Assembly: GCA_028718125.1 (NCBI GenBank)
Contig: JAQUMN010000017.1
Span: 8,401 to 72,400 of the forward strand
Direction of reading: 5' to 3'
Length of the DNA stretch: 64,000 bases
From: Kiritimatiellia bacterium
GTDB taxonomy: Bacteria > Verrucomicrobiota > Kiritimatiellia > JAAZAB01
Shown here: piece by piece, positions 47,579 through 57,002 of the stretch
Numbering within the stretch: the first letter of the stretch is position 1
Layout of the letters: the number at the start of each line of letters is the position of its first letter
Translations under genes and position numbers: made by a program
The notes under the pieces: model-generated
Seen by the model: the letters and a program-made list of their open reading frames with translations, nothing else
Told to the model about the DNA's origin: nothing
Database searches by the model: none

Positions 47579-49695
47579 AAGCCACACAACTCGCGGATTT
47601 ATTGAGCAAAGGCGACCGGGTGGCGGTATCCAACATCACGGGGCGCGAATCCAGCATGGTCACCATTGTCTCGCATCGTTACTGCGGCAACATCGTGGGC
47701 GGCTGGGCGCTCGGCAAAGGCGGACAGACGATCGAATACGAACCCGGTAAGACCATTCCGGTGTTTGCGACCTTCGATGAATTGCTCAAAAGCCTGCCGG
47801 CCAAAAAACACCCCAACAAGGTCATTGTCTATTCGCCGCCGGAAGCCGTCTATGGCGAGGTGAAGGAAGTGGTTTCCTTTGGCAAGAAACACATCAAGAC
47901 GATTTTTATCATTACCGAGCATGTCGCCATTGAGGTGACCGCCAAGATCGCCTCGCTGGCGCGCGAAGCCGGCATAGATGTGATCGGCTGTAATACCCTG
48001 GGGATGATCAACACCTATGACGGCGTTCGCGTGGGCGCCGTGGGTGGAGACAACCCCGGTGAAAGTTTCAAAAAGGGCAGTGCCGCAATTATATCCAACA
48101 GCGGCAACATGGTCACAACCATGGCCACGTACCTGATGTCGGCGGGCATCGGCACCTCGTTCGGCCTTTCCACGGGCAAAGACGCGCTGATCCTGACGCC
48201 CTTGAAGGACCTGCTGGCACTGGCGGACAAGGATCGTCACACCCGGATCATCGTGCTCTACATCGAGCCGGGCGGCCTTTACGAGAAAGAGGCCGTGGAT
48301 CTGCTCAAGCGGGCGAAAAATGCCAAGCCTGTGATTGTCTATGTGGCCGGTAAAATCCTCGAAACCCAGAACGTGTCGCTCGGCCATGCCGGTGCCGTGG
48401 TGGAAGGCGCCTTTACCACGGCCTCGGCCAAAATGCAGCTGTTTGACGACTATTTCGGGGTCGAGGCCTTCGATCCCCAGAAACGCTATGAACACACCCC
48501 GAAATTGCGGCAGGCCCTGCTGCGGGGCATCCGCATTCAAACCTTGCACACCCTGCCGCAGGCCGCCAGCCTGGTGTATCGCGTCTGCGAATGGGAGCGC
48601 GATTTCAGTCCCCACGAAACCCTCCAGTTGAATCCCTGGTTTGTCAACCTCGGCGAACTGGGCAAGAAACTGCCGGCGCCGCTCATCTTGACGCCGGGCA
48701 AGATCGCCGAACCCTACGCCACGCAATTTGCCTCCCTGGCCGAGAGGAAACTGGGCAAAATGGCAACCCAGCGGTCCATGCGTAACGCCAGCTACGCCTC
48801 CGGCAACGACGGGCAGGCCGCATCCATTTACGGCTATGCGGTGGCCGATCTCATGCAACGCGGCAATTTTGCCGAAGCGCTCATTCTGCAGTGGTTGGGC
48901 GAATTACCCCAGCATGCCTTCGAAGCGCGGCTCGTGGAAATGTGCCTGATCGCATCGTTGAGCAACGGGCCGGGCACCATTTCCGCCCAGGCCGCCAAAT
49001 TATCGGCTTCGGCCGGCAACTCCCCCCATACGGGCATGATTGCCGCGCTGGCCAGTGTGGGTGACGTGCATGGCGGCAACGGCCGGGAAGCGATTGAATA
49101 CCTGCTGAAGGTGTTCGGGAGCACGGACCTGGTCGATCCCTACAATCCAAAAGCCTCCAGCGTGAACCTGGAAAGCCTCGTGTTGCAGGAGGCGGAAGCG
49201 TTCAAAACCCGGAAAGCCATTGCCCAGGAATCCGGGACCGGCTACATTAAAATTCCGTGCCTTGGGCATCCGGTGTTCAAGGACAAGGACGTTAATTTTG
49301 ATCCGCGCGAAGAGGCCATTTATGCCTATCTGCAGGAGCAGGGCCTCTACAACATATTCCTGGATTTTTATCGCCGGCTGGCGCAGACCATGAAACACAT
49401 CGGCGCCACATCCAAGGTGCTGGCGGTGAACGTGGATGCCGCCATTGCCTGTATCTGGCTGGGAATCTGCTGGAAACTGCTGAAGGACAGGCGCATTACC
49501 CTGAAGCGTGCCATAGACATCCCCCTGGTTGCTTTTGCCTTGGGCCGCGCTGCCGGCGCCGCCGGGGAATTTCTGGATCACCATGATCATGGCACCGACA
49601 TGGACATGCGCGTGCCTGCTGCGGAATGTGAAATATTGACCAAGCCTCGGGACCTGGCGCCGGCGGGTAAAAAAGCAGGTCGTAGCCGCGTCTAA
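47575..49695 (+). CDS. aclA: ATP-citrate lyase large subunit (CoA-binding plus SucD-like phosphohistidine domain plus citrate-synthase-like C-terminal domain; AclA-type)
   Basis: 706 aa. 'GHAGAVVEG' is the phospho-His loop. The C-terminal ~250 aa resemble citrate synthase / citryl-CoA lyase. Confidence 0.65.
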   Translation: MKATQLADLLSKGDRVAVSNITGRESSMVTIVSHRYCGNIVGGWALGKGGQTIEYEPGKTIPVFATFDELLKSLPAKKHPNKVIVYSPPEAVYGEVKEVVSFGKKHIKTIFIITEHVAIEVTAKIASLAREAGIDVIGCNTLGMINTYDGVRVGAVGGDNPGESFKKGSAAIISNSGNMVTTMATYLMSAGIGTSFGLSTGKDALILTPLKDLLALADKDRHTRIIVLYIEPGGLYEKEAVDLLKRAKNAKPVIVYVAGKILETQNVSLGHAGAVVEGAFTTASAKMQLFDDYFGVEAFDPQKRYEHTPKLRQALLRGIRIQTLHTLPQAASLVYRVCEWERDFSPHETLQLNPWFVNLGELGKKLPAPLILTPGKIAEPYATQFASLAERKLGKMATQRSMRNASYASGNDGQAASIYGYAVADLMQRGNFAEALILQWLGELPQHAFEARLVEMCLIASLSNGPGTISAQAAKLSASAGNSPHTGMIAALASVGDVHGGNGREAIEYLLKVFGSTDLVDPYNPKASSVNLESLVLQEAEAFKTRKAIAQESGTGYIKIPCLGHPVFKDKDVNFDPREEAIYAYLQEQGLYNIFLDFYRRLAQTMKHIGATSKVLAVNVDAAIACIWLGICWKLLKDRRITLKRAIDIPLVAFALGRAAGAAGEFLDHHDHGTDMDMRVPAAECEILTKPRDLAPAGKKAGRSRV

Positions 49696-49699
49696 AAGC

Positions 49700-49737
49700 A
49701 ATGTGGCCGCGACTTCTGTGTCGCGGCCACATGCTAA
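49700..49737. terminator. Bidirectional rho-independent terminator hairpin (AATGTGGCCGCGAC-ttctgt-GTCGCGGCCACAT)
   Basis: A perfect 13-bp GC-rich stem between convergent genes, with a U-tract on the minus-strand side. Confidence 0.6.
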
Positions 49738-49763
49738 CATACGATCCGTGAATTCAAGTCAGG

Positions 49764-50579
49764 TTACCAATTCGCGTTAACAATGGGGAGAATTTTCCAG
49801 ATGCTTTCTTTGCCCCACGCGATATTGAGAACGCCGATCTGCAGGCCATTCAATATGGATGTGTAGTTGATCACGCCAAGCTGGAGCCCCTTGACTTCAT
49901 TGGCGAAATTCAAGCCCACCCACTGGGCGCCATCCAACTTGTCGGCCCAGTTAATCAATCCCGTCTGCCAACAGGCTTCTTCCATAGCTGCGTTGATGAT
50001 GCCGAACTGAGCATCAATCGCACTGCCGGCGGCATTAATGCCACCCACCTGGCCGCCGGCCACGCTGCCGCTGTTCAAGTTGATCAAGCCGACTTCCAAG
50101 CCCTCAGCATTTCCGCCAACCATGTTCAGGATGCCGTAATCATAGCCGGACAAATTCCCGCTGGTCAAGTTGATCAGGCCTGCTTCCGCGCCGGAGACAT
50201 TGCCGCCGACCAGGTTGATGAACGACACCGTTGAGCCGGACACGTTCCCGGCCACAAAGTTGATGGCGCCCAATTGACCGCCGGTCACGTTGCCGCCGAC
50301 CAGGTTAATGATACCAAGTTGCAGACCTCTCTGGTCCTTGTTCACTTGGTTCGCAATACCCAGGTCAACGCCGGTCACATTTTCATTGGCCCCGTAGATC
50401 AGGTTGATCCGCAGGCCGTTGACCGAGGAACTGTCGCTGAGAATAGCAACCGGGCTGACGAGTGAGAGTTGGAACGGATAGGCTTTTTCGGTTACTGTCG
50501 CTTTTGGAGCCTGCGCAACCGCACTGCTGACCAGCCCGATTACACACGCGAGACTGAATAATATCGAATAACGTTTCAT
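49764..50579 (-). CDS. Secreted protein built of ~13-aa tandem repeats (G-x-I-N-x-V-G-G-N-V-x-G), beta-solenoid-like
   Basis: Signal peptide 'MKRYSILFSLACVIGLVSSAVAQA'. At least 10 consecutive 'GLINL/GIINLVGGNVTG'-type repeats follow. Confidence 0.6.
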   Translation of the reverse strand: MKRYSILFSLACVIGLVSSAVAQAPKATVTEKAYPFQLSLVSPVAILSDSSSVNGLRINLIYGANENVTGVDLGIANQVNKDQRGLQLGIINLVGGNVTGGQLGAINFVAGNVSGSTVSFINLVGGNVSGAEAGLINLTSGNLSGYDYGILNMVGGNAEGLEVGLINLNSGSVAGGQVGGINAAGSAIDAQFGIINAAMEEACWQTGLINWADKLDGAQWVGLNFANEVKGLQLGVINYTSILNGLQIGVLNIAWGKESIWKILPIVNANW

Positions 50580-50887
50580 TTCTTTTCCCTTCATTGCACG
50601 TCATGATTGAGACGAAATAACCGTTTGTTTAGTAAACCCAGCACCACTCACATGTCGTTCAATCACCTCCTTCCGGATTTGTAATCATTTTGAGTATACA
50701 CAAACATGCAATATATATTTGAATTATTACAAGCACCTGCTGCTTTGTCAATATATTTTTAAAATAGTCAACGGGCGGGGACATCATTCAATGATTACGT
50801 GCTTGTCAACTGGTGTGATCTCATGAAATAATTACAAAAGTTAAACGGTTAAAGGGCGAGTTGAAATGTCGATCGTGATTACGCGCC

Positions 50888-51460
50888 ATGGCCATTCGCA
50901 TCACAGCTGGGGAGTGGCGGGGACGGCAAATCAAGGTGCCGTGCAGGGACGTTCGCCCCTCGCAGGACCGGGTGCGGCTGGCGGTTTTTTCTTCGCTGGC
51001 CGACCGGGTGGCCGGCGCGCGGGTGCTGGACCTGTTTGCCGGCACGGGAGCTTACGGGCTGGAGGCCTTGAGCCGCGGCGCTGCTGCGGCCACCTGGGTG
51101 GAAAGCGACCGCCGGGTCCTGGCGATACTTCGCGAGAATGTCGCTACCCTCTGCGGTCCCGATCCGGCTGCGGGCGTTGTGTCCGCGGAGGCCCTGCGAT
51201 TTCTGGAGCGGGGTGGGGGCGATGCGCCTTACGACCTGATTTTTGCCGATCCGCCTTATGACCGGGACGGCGGCTGGTTGAAAAAAATCTTGTCAGTGCT
51301 GACCGGGCGGTCTATCTTAAAAAGCAATGGATTACTGGTCATGGAACAGTCTGTGCATGTTCCGGCGGTAAGCCATGAAGGTTGGCAACATCTCAAGCGC
51401 CGGGTTTATGGTGAAACGCAAATTGACTATATGGCGCCGTTGCAGCCAGACGTCAGATGA
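50888..51460 (+). CDS. rsmD: 16S rRNA (guanine966-N2)-methyltransferase
   Basis: 'LDLFAGTGAYGLEALSRGA' SAM-binding site and an 'ADPPY' motif. Confidence 0.8.
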   Translation: MAIRITAGEWRGRQIKVPCRDVRPSQDRVRLAVFSSLADRVAGARVLDLFAGTGAYGLEALSRGAAAATWVESDRRVLAILRENVATLCGPDPAAGVVSAEALRFLERGGGDAPYDLIFADPPYDRDGGWLKKILSVLTGRSILKSNGLLVMEQSVHVPAVSHEGWQHLKRRVYGETQIDYMAPLQPDVR

Positions 51461-51517
51461 CGGACGCCAGACGCCGGATGCCGGAGAGCAGATGACAGGC
51501 GAAAATCAGGAGTCAGA

Positions 51518-52000
51518 ATGAAAAAACTGGCGGTCTATCCGGGTACGTTTGATCCCTTGACCCTGGGACACGTTGATGTGGTGCATCGCGCCGCGCGGCT
51601 GTTTGATCGGTTAATATTGGCAGTGGCGGTGGGCAAGCGGAACGACACTCTGTTTTCGATCAAGGAGCGCATGGCGATGGCCCGCAGTCTTGCGGGAACA
51701 ATGCCAAACGTGGAGGCGATCCAGTTCAACGGCCTGCTGGTGGATTATGTCCGGCATATCGGAGCGCGCGTGATAATCCGCGGTTTGCGGGCGTTTTCCG
51801 ATTTCGAGTATGAGTTTCAGATGGCCTTGACCAACCGAAAAATGGCTCCGGACGTGGAGGTCCTGTTCATGATGCCGCGCGAAAGCTATAGTTACATCAG
51901 CTCCAGCGTGGTCCGTGAGATTGCGTCCCTGGGCGGAGATACCAGCAAGTTTGTGCAACCCTACGTTCATGCGGCGCTTAAGCGGAAATTTGCTCCGTGA
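51518..52000 (+). CDS. coaD: Phosphopantetheine adenylyltransferase
   Basis: 'AVYPGTFDPLTLGHVDVV' nucleotidyltransferase motif; 160 aa. Confidence 0.85.
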   Translation: MKKLAVYPGTFDPLTLGHVDVVHRAARLFDRLILAVAVGKRNDTLFSIKERMAMARSLAGTMPNVEAIQFNGLLVDYVRHIGARVIIRGLRAFSDFEYEFQMALTNRKMAPDVEVLFMMPRESYSYISSSVVREIASLGGDTSKFVQPYVHAALKRKFAP

Positions 52001-52036
52001 TGGACCATTCTGTTCCCTTGCGGGAAAAGAAGGTTT

Positions 52037-52507
52037 ATGAATATCGAAACCGGCCAGGTGCATAAATTTCCCAAGCGGTTTTCCGGCGAGGAGCCCGCTG
52101 CCATCCTGGAACTGAATCAAGATAGCCAATTCCAGGTAGTCGGCAATGTGCGCTATGCGTTGACCGCCCAGCGCTTTGACACCGACCTACTGGTGCGCGG
52201 CATTCTGGAGGTTGATGTCCGCAGTCGCTGTGCGCGGTGCGGGGAGCGCTGTGCCCAGACCATTCGGGATGAAGATTTTGTGCGCTCATATCCGTTATCT
52301 ACCGCCAATGAATTAATAAACTTGACCGCCGATATCCGCGAAGCTATCCTCCTCGCTCTTCCGATGAATTACGTGTGTTCGTCGGCGTGCCGGGGACTGT
52401 GCGTCAAATGCGGGGCCAATTTAAACAAGACATCCTGCAAGTGCGGACGGATTCGGCAAGAGACACCGTGGGGAATGCTGGACCAAGTGAAGATTGAGCG
52501 GAAATAA
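52037..52507 (+). CDS. yceD: DUF177/YceD-family protein (23S rRNA accumulation factor)
   Basis: C-terminal Cys cluster 'CSSACRGLCVKCGANLN...CKC', conserved in position upstream of rpmF. Confidence 0.65.
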   Translation: MNIETGQVHKFPKRFSGEEPAAILELNQDSQFQVVGNVRYALTAQRFDTDLLVRGILEVDVRSRCARCGERCAQTIRDEDFVRSYPLSTANELINLTADIREAILLALPMNYVCSSACRGLCVKCGANLNKTSCKCGRIRQETPWGMLDQVKIERK

Positions 52508-52562
52508 ATTGCCCGGCCTGCGCGGCACTATGCGGGGCTTGGGTTTGGCTAGGAGATATCCG

Positions 52563-52745
52563 ATGGCAGTACCGAAAAGGAAAACGTCGAAAAGCAGGAT
52601 TCGCATACGCCGGCGGTCCCATAAAGCAACCCTGACAGCGACGAAAGCGTGCCCTAACTGCGGCGAACCGCAACAGTCACACCGGGTGTGTCCTTCATGC
52701 GGCCACTACAAGGGACGGCAAGTCCTGACCATTGTTGCCAAATAG
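52563..52745 (+). CDS. rpmF: 50S ribosomal protein L32
   Basis: 'MAVPKRKTSKSRIRIRRRSH' with the zinc-ribbon CxxC...CxxC. SD 'AGGAG' sits 7 nt upstream. Confidence 0.85.
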   Translation: MAVPKRKTSKSRIRIRRRSHKATLTATKACPNCGEPQQSHRVCPSCGHYKGRQVLTIVAK

Positions 52746-52832
52746 CCGGGCGCACAGGAATTTCAATCCATGCGGGAGCGGCTTTATGCCACGATAGGAT
52801 CGGGAGGCCGAACCGTCTCCTGTATAAAACAG

Positions 52833-52854
52833 CCCCGCTTCGGGGTCTAATTTT
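52833..52854 (+). terminator. Hairpin (CCCCG-cttc-GGGG) plus T-tract between rpmF and plsX; attenuator or terminator
   Basis: Read directly: 'AGCCCCGCTTCGGGGTCTAATTTT' immediately precedes the plsX ATG. Confidence 0.4.
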
Positions 52855-53853
52855 ATGCATATTGCAGTAGATGCCATGGGCGGTGATTTCGCTCCCCGCG
52901 AGATCGTACGAGGAGCGGTCGAGGCGGCTAAGTCCTTGCCGGGCTTGGATAAGATCACGCTGGTCGGGGATGAGGCGGCCATCCGTCGGGAATACGCAGT
53001 TTGCGGGACGATTCCCGGCATTCTGGATATTCTCCGTACCACGGAAGTTGTGGGCATGGAGGAAAGCCCGGCCAACGCCATCCGCCGCAAAAAAGACAAC
53101 TCCATCAGCCGTGCCGTCGATCTTGTGAAAAGAGGCGATGCGGACGCCATGATTTCCGCCGGCAATACGGGCGCCGTGGTGGTGGCCGCCACGCTAAAAT
53201 TGCGCACCCTTCGGGGGATTGATCGTCCTGCCATTGCCACGGTCATGCCGACACCGGAAAAGCCGTTTGTGCTGATTGATGCCGGCGCGAATACTGATTG
53301 CTCCGCGCGGATGATGCTCCAGTTTGCCGTTATGGGTCATGTCTACGCGAAGAAAATTCTCGGGTGTTCCAATCCCCTGGTGGGTTTAATGAGCGTCGGG
53401 ACGGAGGACTCCAAGGGAAACGAGGTCACCAAGGAGGCTTTTCGCCTGATCAGCGAATCCAAACTTAATTTTTACGGCAATATTGAAGGCCATGATCTCT
53501 ATAAGGGCCACGTGGATGTTGCCGTCTGCGACGGGTTTGTAGGCAATGTGATCCTGAAGACGAGCGAAAGCGTGGTGCACGCTGTCGGTCATTGGATCAA
53601 ACAGGAATTCAGCCGCTCGCCGGTGCGCGTCCTGGGCGCACTGATGCTGACCAGGGCGCTCCAGGATATGAAAAAGCGGGTTGACCCGGATCTCTCCGGC
53701 GGAGCTCCGCTCCTGGGAGTCAACGGGGTGTGCATCATTTCGCATGGCGCGTCCAGCGCGCGTGCCATCTACCATGCCATCCGCGTGGCGCAGGATTCCG
53801 TCAATTCCCGTATCAACGAGTTAATTACTCAAACAATCAGCAGTGCCTTATGA
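52855..53853 (+). CDS. plsX: Phosphate acyltransferase
   Basis: 'MHIAVDAMGGDFAP' and 'ISAGNTGA' PlsX signatures. Confidence 0.85.
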   Translation: MHIAVDAMGGDFAPREIVRGAVEAAKSLPGLDKITLVGDEAAIRREYAVCGTIPGILDILRTTEVVGMEESPANAIRRKKDNSISRAVDLVKRGDADAMISAGNTGAVVVAATLKLRTLRGIDRPAIATVMPTPEKPFVLIDAGANTDCSARMMLQFAVMGHVYAKKILGCSNPLVGLMSVGTEDSKGNEVTKEAFRLISESKLNFYGNIEGHDLYKGHVDVAVCDGFVGNVILKTSESVVHAVGHWIKQEFSRSPVRVLGALMLTRALQDMKKRVDPDLSGGAPLLGVNGVCIISHGASSARAIYHAIRVAQDSVNSRINELITQTISSAL

Positions 53854-54977
53854 AAACAAAATTTGTTGCTCACGAAAGTGTTCCTAAAACGCTGAGATCG
53901 GTATCCATCGTTGGCACCGGTTCCTATCTGCCCAAGCGCGTCCTGACCAATGCAGATCTTGCCAAGGTGATGGATACTTCCGATGAATGGATTACTACGC
54001 GCACCGGCATCAAGGAGCGTCATATTGCCGCCGTCGATCAAGCCACCTCCGACCTGGCTGCCGAAGCCGCCCGCCGGGCGCTCCGCCATGCCGGCTTGAC
54101 GGCCGAGGAACTGGATATGATCATTATTGCCACGGTCACGCCGGATATGTTTTTTCCCAGCACCGCCTGCTTTGTGCAAAAGGCCATCGGCGCCAGCAAT
54201 GCCATTTGCTTTGACATTGAGGCTGCCTGTTCCGGGTTCCTGTTCGCGCTGGAAACGGCCCGTCAGTTTGTGGGTTCGGGCGCCATCACGACGGCGCTCG
54301 TTATCGGCGCCGATAAATTGACCGCTATAACGGACTGGGAAGACCGTGCCACCTGTGTCCTGTTTGGCGACGGCGCCGGCGCCGCGATCGTCCGGAGTCG
54401 GCCGGGCGTGCGCGGCATTATTGCCACGGCCATGGCTTCGGACGGCAACCTGGGCCATTTGCTCTTTATGCCCGGCGGCGGCAGCCGTAATCCGGCCACG
54501 GCCCAGACAGTCAAAGACCGCCTTCATTTTCTGAAAATGGCCGGCAAGGAAGTCTTCAAATACGCGGTCGGCTCCATGTTGAGCGCGTCCAAGGCGGCGC
54601 TGAAGAAAGCCAATATGACGATTGACGACGTGGATTGCGTCATTCCCCATCAGGCTAATATGCGGATTATCAATGCCATCGGGGAGCGCCTGGGCGTGCC
54701 CTTGGAAAAATATTATATTAACCTTCCGAGCACCGGCAACATGTCGGCCGCCTCGATTCCCGTGGCGCTGGATGAAGCGGTGCGTGCAGGCTTTGTCAAG
54801 GACGGCGCCGTCGTCCTGATGATGGCTTTTGGCGGCGGATTTACCTGGGGCGCCACCCTGATGGAGTGGCGCAAGCCGGAGCCATCCCAGCGAAGCAGCG
54901 CGAAAGATATCAGCCGCGCGCGTGTAGCCAACGCCCAGAAACGCCGGTTTTCAACCAACGCCAGCAACCTGTGGTAA
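53850..54977 (+). CDS. fabH: 3-oxoacyl-ACP synthase III (with unusual ~37-aa basic C-terminal extension)
   Basis: Active-site 'AACSGF' (Cys), 'HQAN' and 'GNMSAASIP'. The start overlaps the plsX stop. Confidence 0.8.
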   Translation: MKTKFVAHESVPKTLRSVSIVGTGSYLPKRVLTNADLAKVMDTSDEWITTRTGIKERHIAAVDQATSDLAAEAARRALRHAGLTAEELDMIIIATVTPDMFFPSTACFVQKAIGASNAICFDIEAACSGFLFALETARQFVGSGAITTALVIGADKLTAITDWEDRATCVLFGDGAGAAIVRSRPGVRGIIATAMASDGNLGHLLFMPGGGSRNPATAQTVKDRLHFLKMAGKEVFKYAVGSMLSASKAALKKANMTIDDVDCVIPHQANMRIINAIGERLGVPLEKYYINLPSTGNMSAASIPVALDEAVRAGFVKDGAVVLMMAFGGGFTWGATLMEWRKPEPSQRSSAKDISRARVANAQKRRFSTNASNLW

Positions 54978-55082
54978 CCGTTGCCCGTTCTTCGTTCCCG
55001 GTTCCTCGTTTGTGATGCTTGATTTCAATGCATCGGGATGCCGAACAAAAAACGAATAACCAAGAACGGTCCTGTTAATATC

Positions 55083-56006
55083 ATGAATACACTTCTTTTT
55101 GCCGGGCAGGGGGCGCAGGCGGTTGGCATGGGTCGCGACTTGGCCGAAGCGTATCCGGAATGCAAGGAGTTCTACACCAAGGCCAATGAAATTCTGGGTT
55201 ACGATCTGGCCAGGATTTGCTGGGAAGGACCGGAAAGCGAACTGGTCAAGTCCAACCATTGTCAGCCGGCGATTTTTATAACCAGCGCGGTCTGCTGGCA
55301 GGCCCTGCGGCGCGAGCGGAAGGCCTTGGCCATCCAGTCAACAGCGGGGCTGAGCCTGGGCGAATGGACCGCGCTCTGGCTGGCGGAAGCGGTTTCGTTC
55401 GAAGGAACCTTGCGCATTCTGGAAGCCCGCGGCCGGTTTATCCAGGAAGCCTGCGAGGAGCGCGAAGGCGCCATGCTGAGCGTCATCGGGCTTGAGCCGG
55501 AAAAACTTAAAGCGGTTGCGGCGGATGCCGGCGTGGAGATCGCCAATTATAATTCGCCCGAGCAAACCGTGCTTTCCGGTGCGCGCGCGGGCATTCAAAC
55601 GGCCGAAAAGCTGGCTAAGGAAGCCGGCGCCAAGCGCGCCATCCTGCTGAACGTGGCCGGCGCCTACCATTCCACGCTCATGGCGTCGGCCGCCCGACGT
55701 CTGGAAGCGTTCATTCACGATGTGCCCATTCGCCCACCATGCCTCCCGGTAGTATCTAACGTGACCGGCCAGCCGCACGGAACTCCCGAGGACATTCGGC
55801 GCCAGATGGTGCTCCAGGTAACCTCGCCGGTCCAGTGGATTGCCTGCGTGCAGGGGCTCAAAAAGCAGGGAGTGACGCGCTATATCGAGTGCGGGCCGGG
55901 CCGCGTGCTGTCGGGCCTGGTTAAGCGCATCCATCCCGAGGCCGAACTCTGTAATGTACAGGACGGCCCCTCCCTGGCCAAAACCATCGCTATTCTGCCG
56001 GCCTGA
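55083..56006 (+). CDS. fabD: Malonyl-CoA:ACP transacylase
   Basis: 'FAGQGAQAVGMG' and 'GLSLGEW' (active Ser) motifs. Confidence 0.85.
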   Translation: MNTLLFAGQGAQAVGMGRDLAEAYPECKEFYTKANEILGYDLARICWEGPESELVKSNHCQPAIFITSAVCWQALRRERKALAIQSTAGLSLGEWTALWLAEAVSFEGTLRILEARGRFIQEACEEREGAMLSVIGLEPEKLKAVAADAGVEIANYNSPEQTVLSGARAGIQTAEKLAKEAGAKRAILLNVAGAYHSTLMASAARRLEAFIHDVPIRPPCLPVVSNVTGQPHGTPEDIRRQMVLQVTSPVQWIACVQGLKKQGVTRYIECGPGRVLSGLVKRIHPEAELCNVQDGPSLAKTIAILPA

Positions 56007-56034
56007 CCAGTGACCGGCATATGGCGGGACAATT

Positions 56035-56925
56035 ATGAACCAGATCCATTTGGGCTACCTGCTGGCCATCATCACGACCCTGGCGTGGGGACTGGTAGTC
56101 ATTCCCGTAAAAAAAGCCCGTTCGCCCGGTTATCTAGGCGTGGCGATCAGCATGCCGGCCGGCATTCTGGCGCTGTTGCCCGTCCTGCTGTTGCTGAAGC
56201 CGGCTGACTGGATGCTGTCGGGGATTAATTGGCAAACGGGTTTGCTCATCGTGCTTGCGGGTCTGTGCCAATTTCCCCTGGCGACACTGTTTTATTACGA
56301 AGCCATTCGTCGGGCCGAGATTTCCACCGTGACGCCGCTGAAGTGCGTGAAGAGCATCATGGTTATTGGGCTGGTTATTCTGCTGGGCATCGAGGCCATT
56401 ACCGGGCGCATGATTGCCGCGGCGCTGATCGGCGTCATGGGGGCGATTATCCTGACCTGGTCGAAGCGCGGGGAGAATACCGGCCCAGGCGGCGTCGAGC
56501 GCTACAAAGGCATTGTGTGCGCGCTTGTGGCCTGCCTTTTCTGGAGCCTGGGCGATATTCTCATGCGCCAGGCCGTTCGCGAGGTGAACGCCCTGCTGGC
56601 AACGCCACTGGCGCTGTTGGCCGGGGCCGTGGTTTTTTACGTCTGGTTGGCGGTGCGGCGCCAAGGTCGCGCGGTACTGGCCATGCCGCGGCACGACAAG
56701 CTTTGTTATGCCACGCATGGCGTGGTGAGTTTTGCCGTGGGTTATTGCGCTTTTTTTACCGCCATGCAATATATCGGCGTGACGCGGGCCGTGATCATTA
56801 CGAGCGCCTGGCCGATTATTTCGTTTATCGTGGGACTCTGGCTGTACCGGGAACACCTGAGTGTTCAGAAAGTGCTGGGTCTGCTCCTGCTGGTAGCCAG
56901 CGTGTATCTGGTGATGGCGAAATGA
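56035..56925 (+). CDS. EamA/DMT-family transporter
   Basis: 296 aa with 10 TM helices in two EamA repeats. Confidence 0.7.
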   Translation: MNQIHLGYLLAIITTLAWGLVVIPVKKARSPGYLGVAISMPAGILALLPVLLLLKPADWMLSGINWQTGLLIVLAGLCQFPLATLFYYEAIRRAEISTVTPLKCVKSIMVIGLVILLGIEAITGRMIAAALIGVMGAIILTWSKRGENTGPGGVERYKGIVCALVACLFWSLGDILMRQAVREVNALLATPLALLAGAVVFYVWLAVRRQGRAVLAMPRHDKLCYATHGVVSFAVGYCAFFTAMQYIGVTRAVIITSAWPIISFIVGLWLYREHLSVQKVLGLLLLVASVYLVMAK

Positions 56926-57002
56926 ACCGGAAAAAATCCGGGCGCTCTCCCGGCACGGTTACCGCGCGTTGCTGTTCCTGGAACAGGGCAGCGTGGGGCA
57001 AG

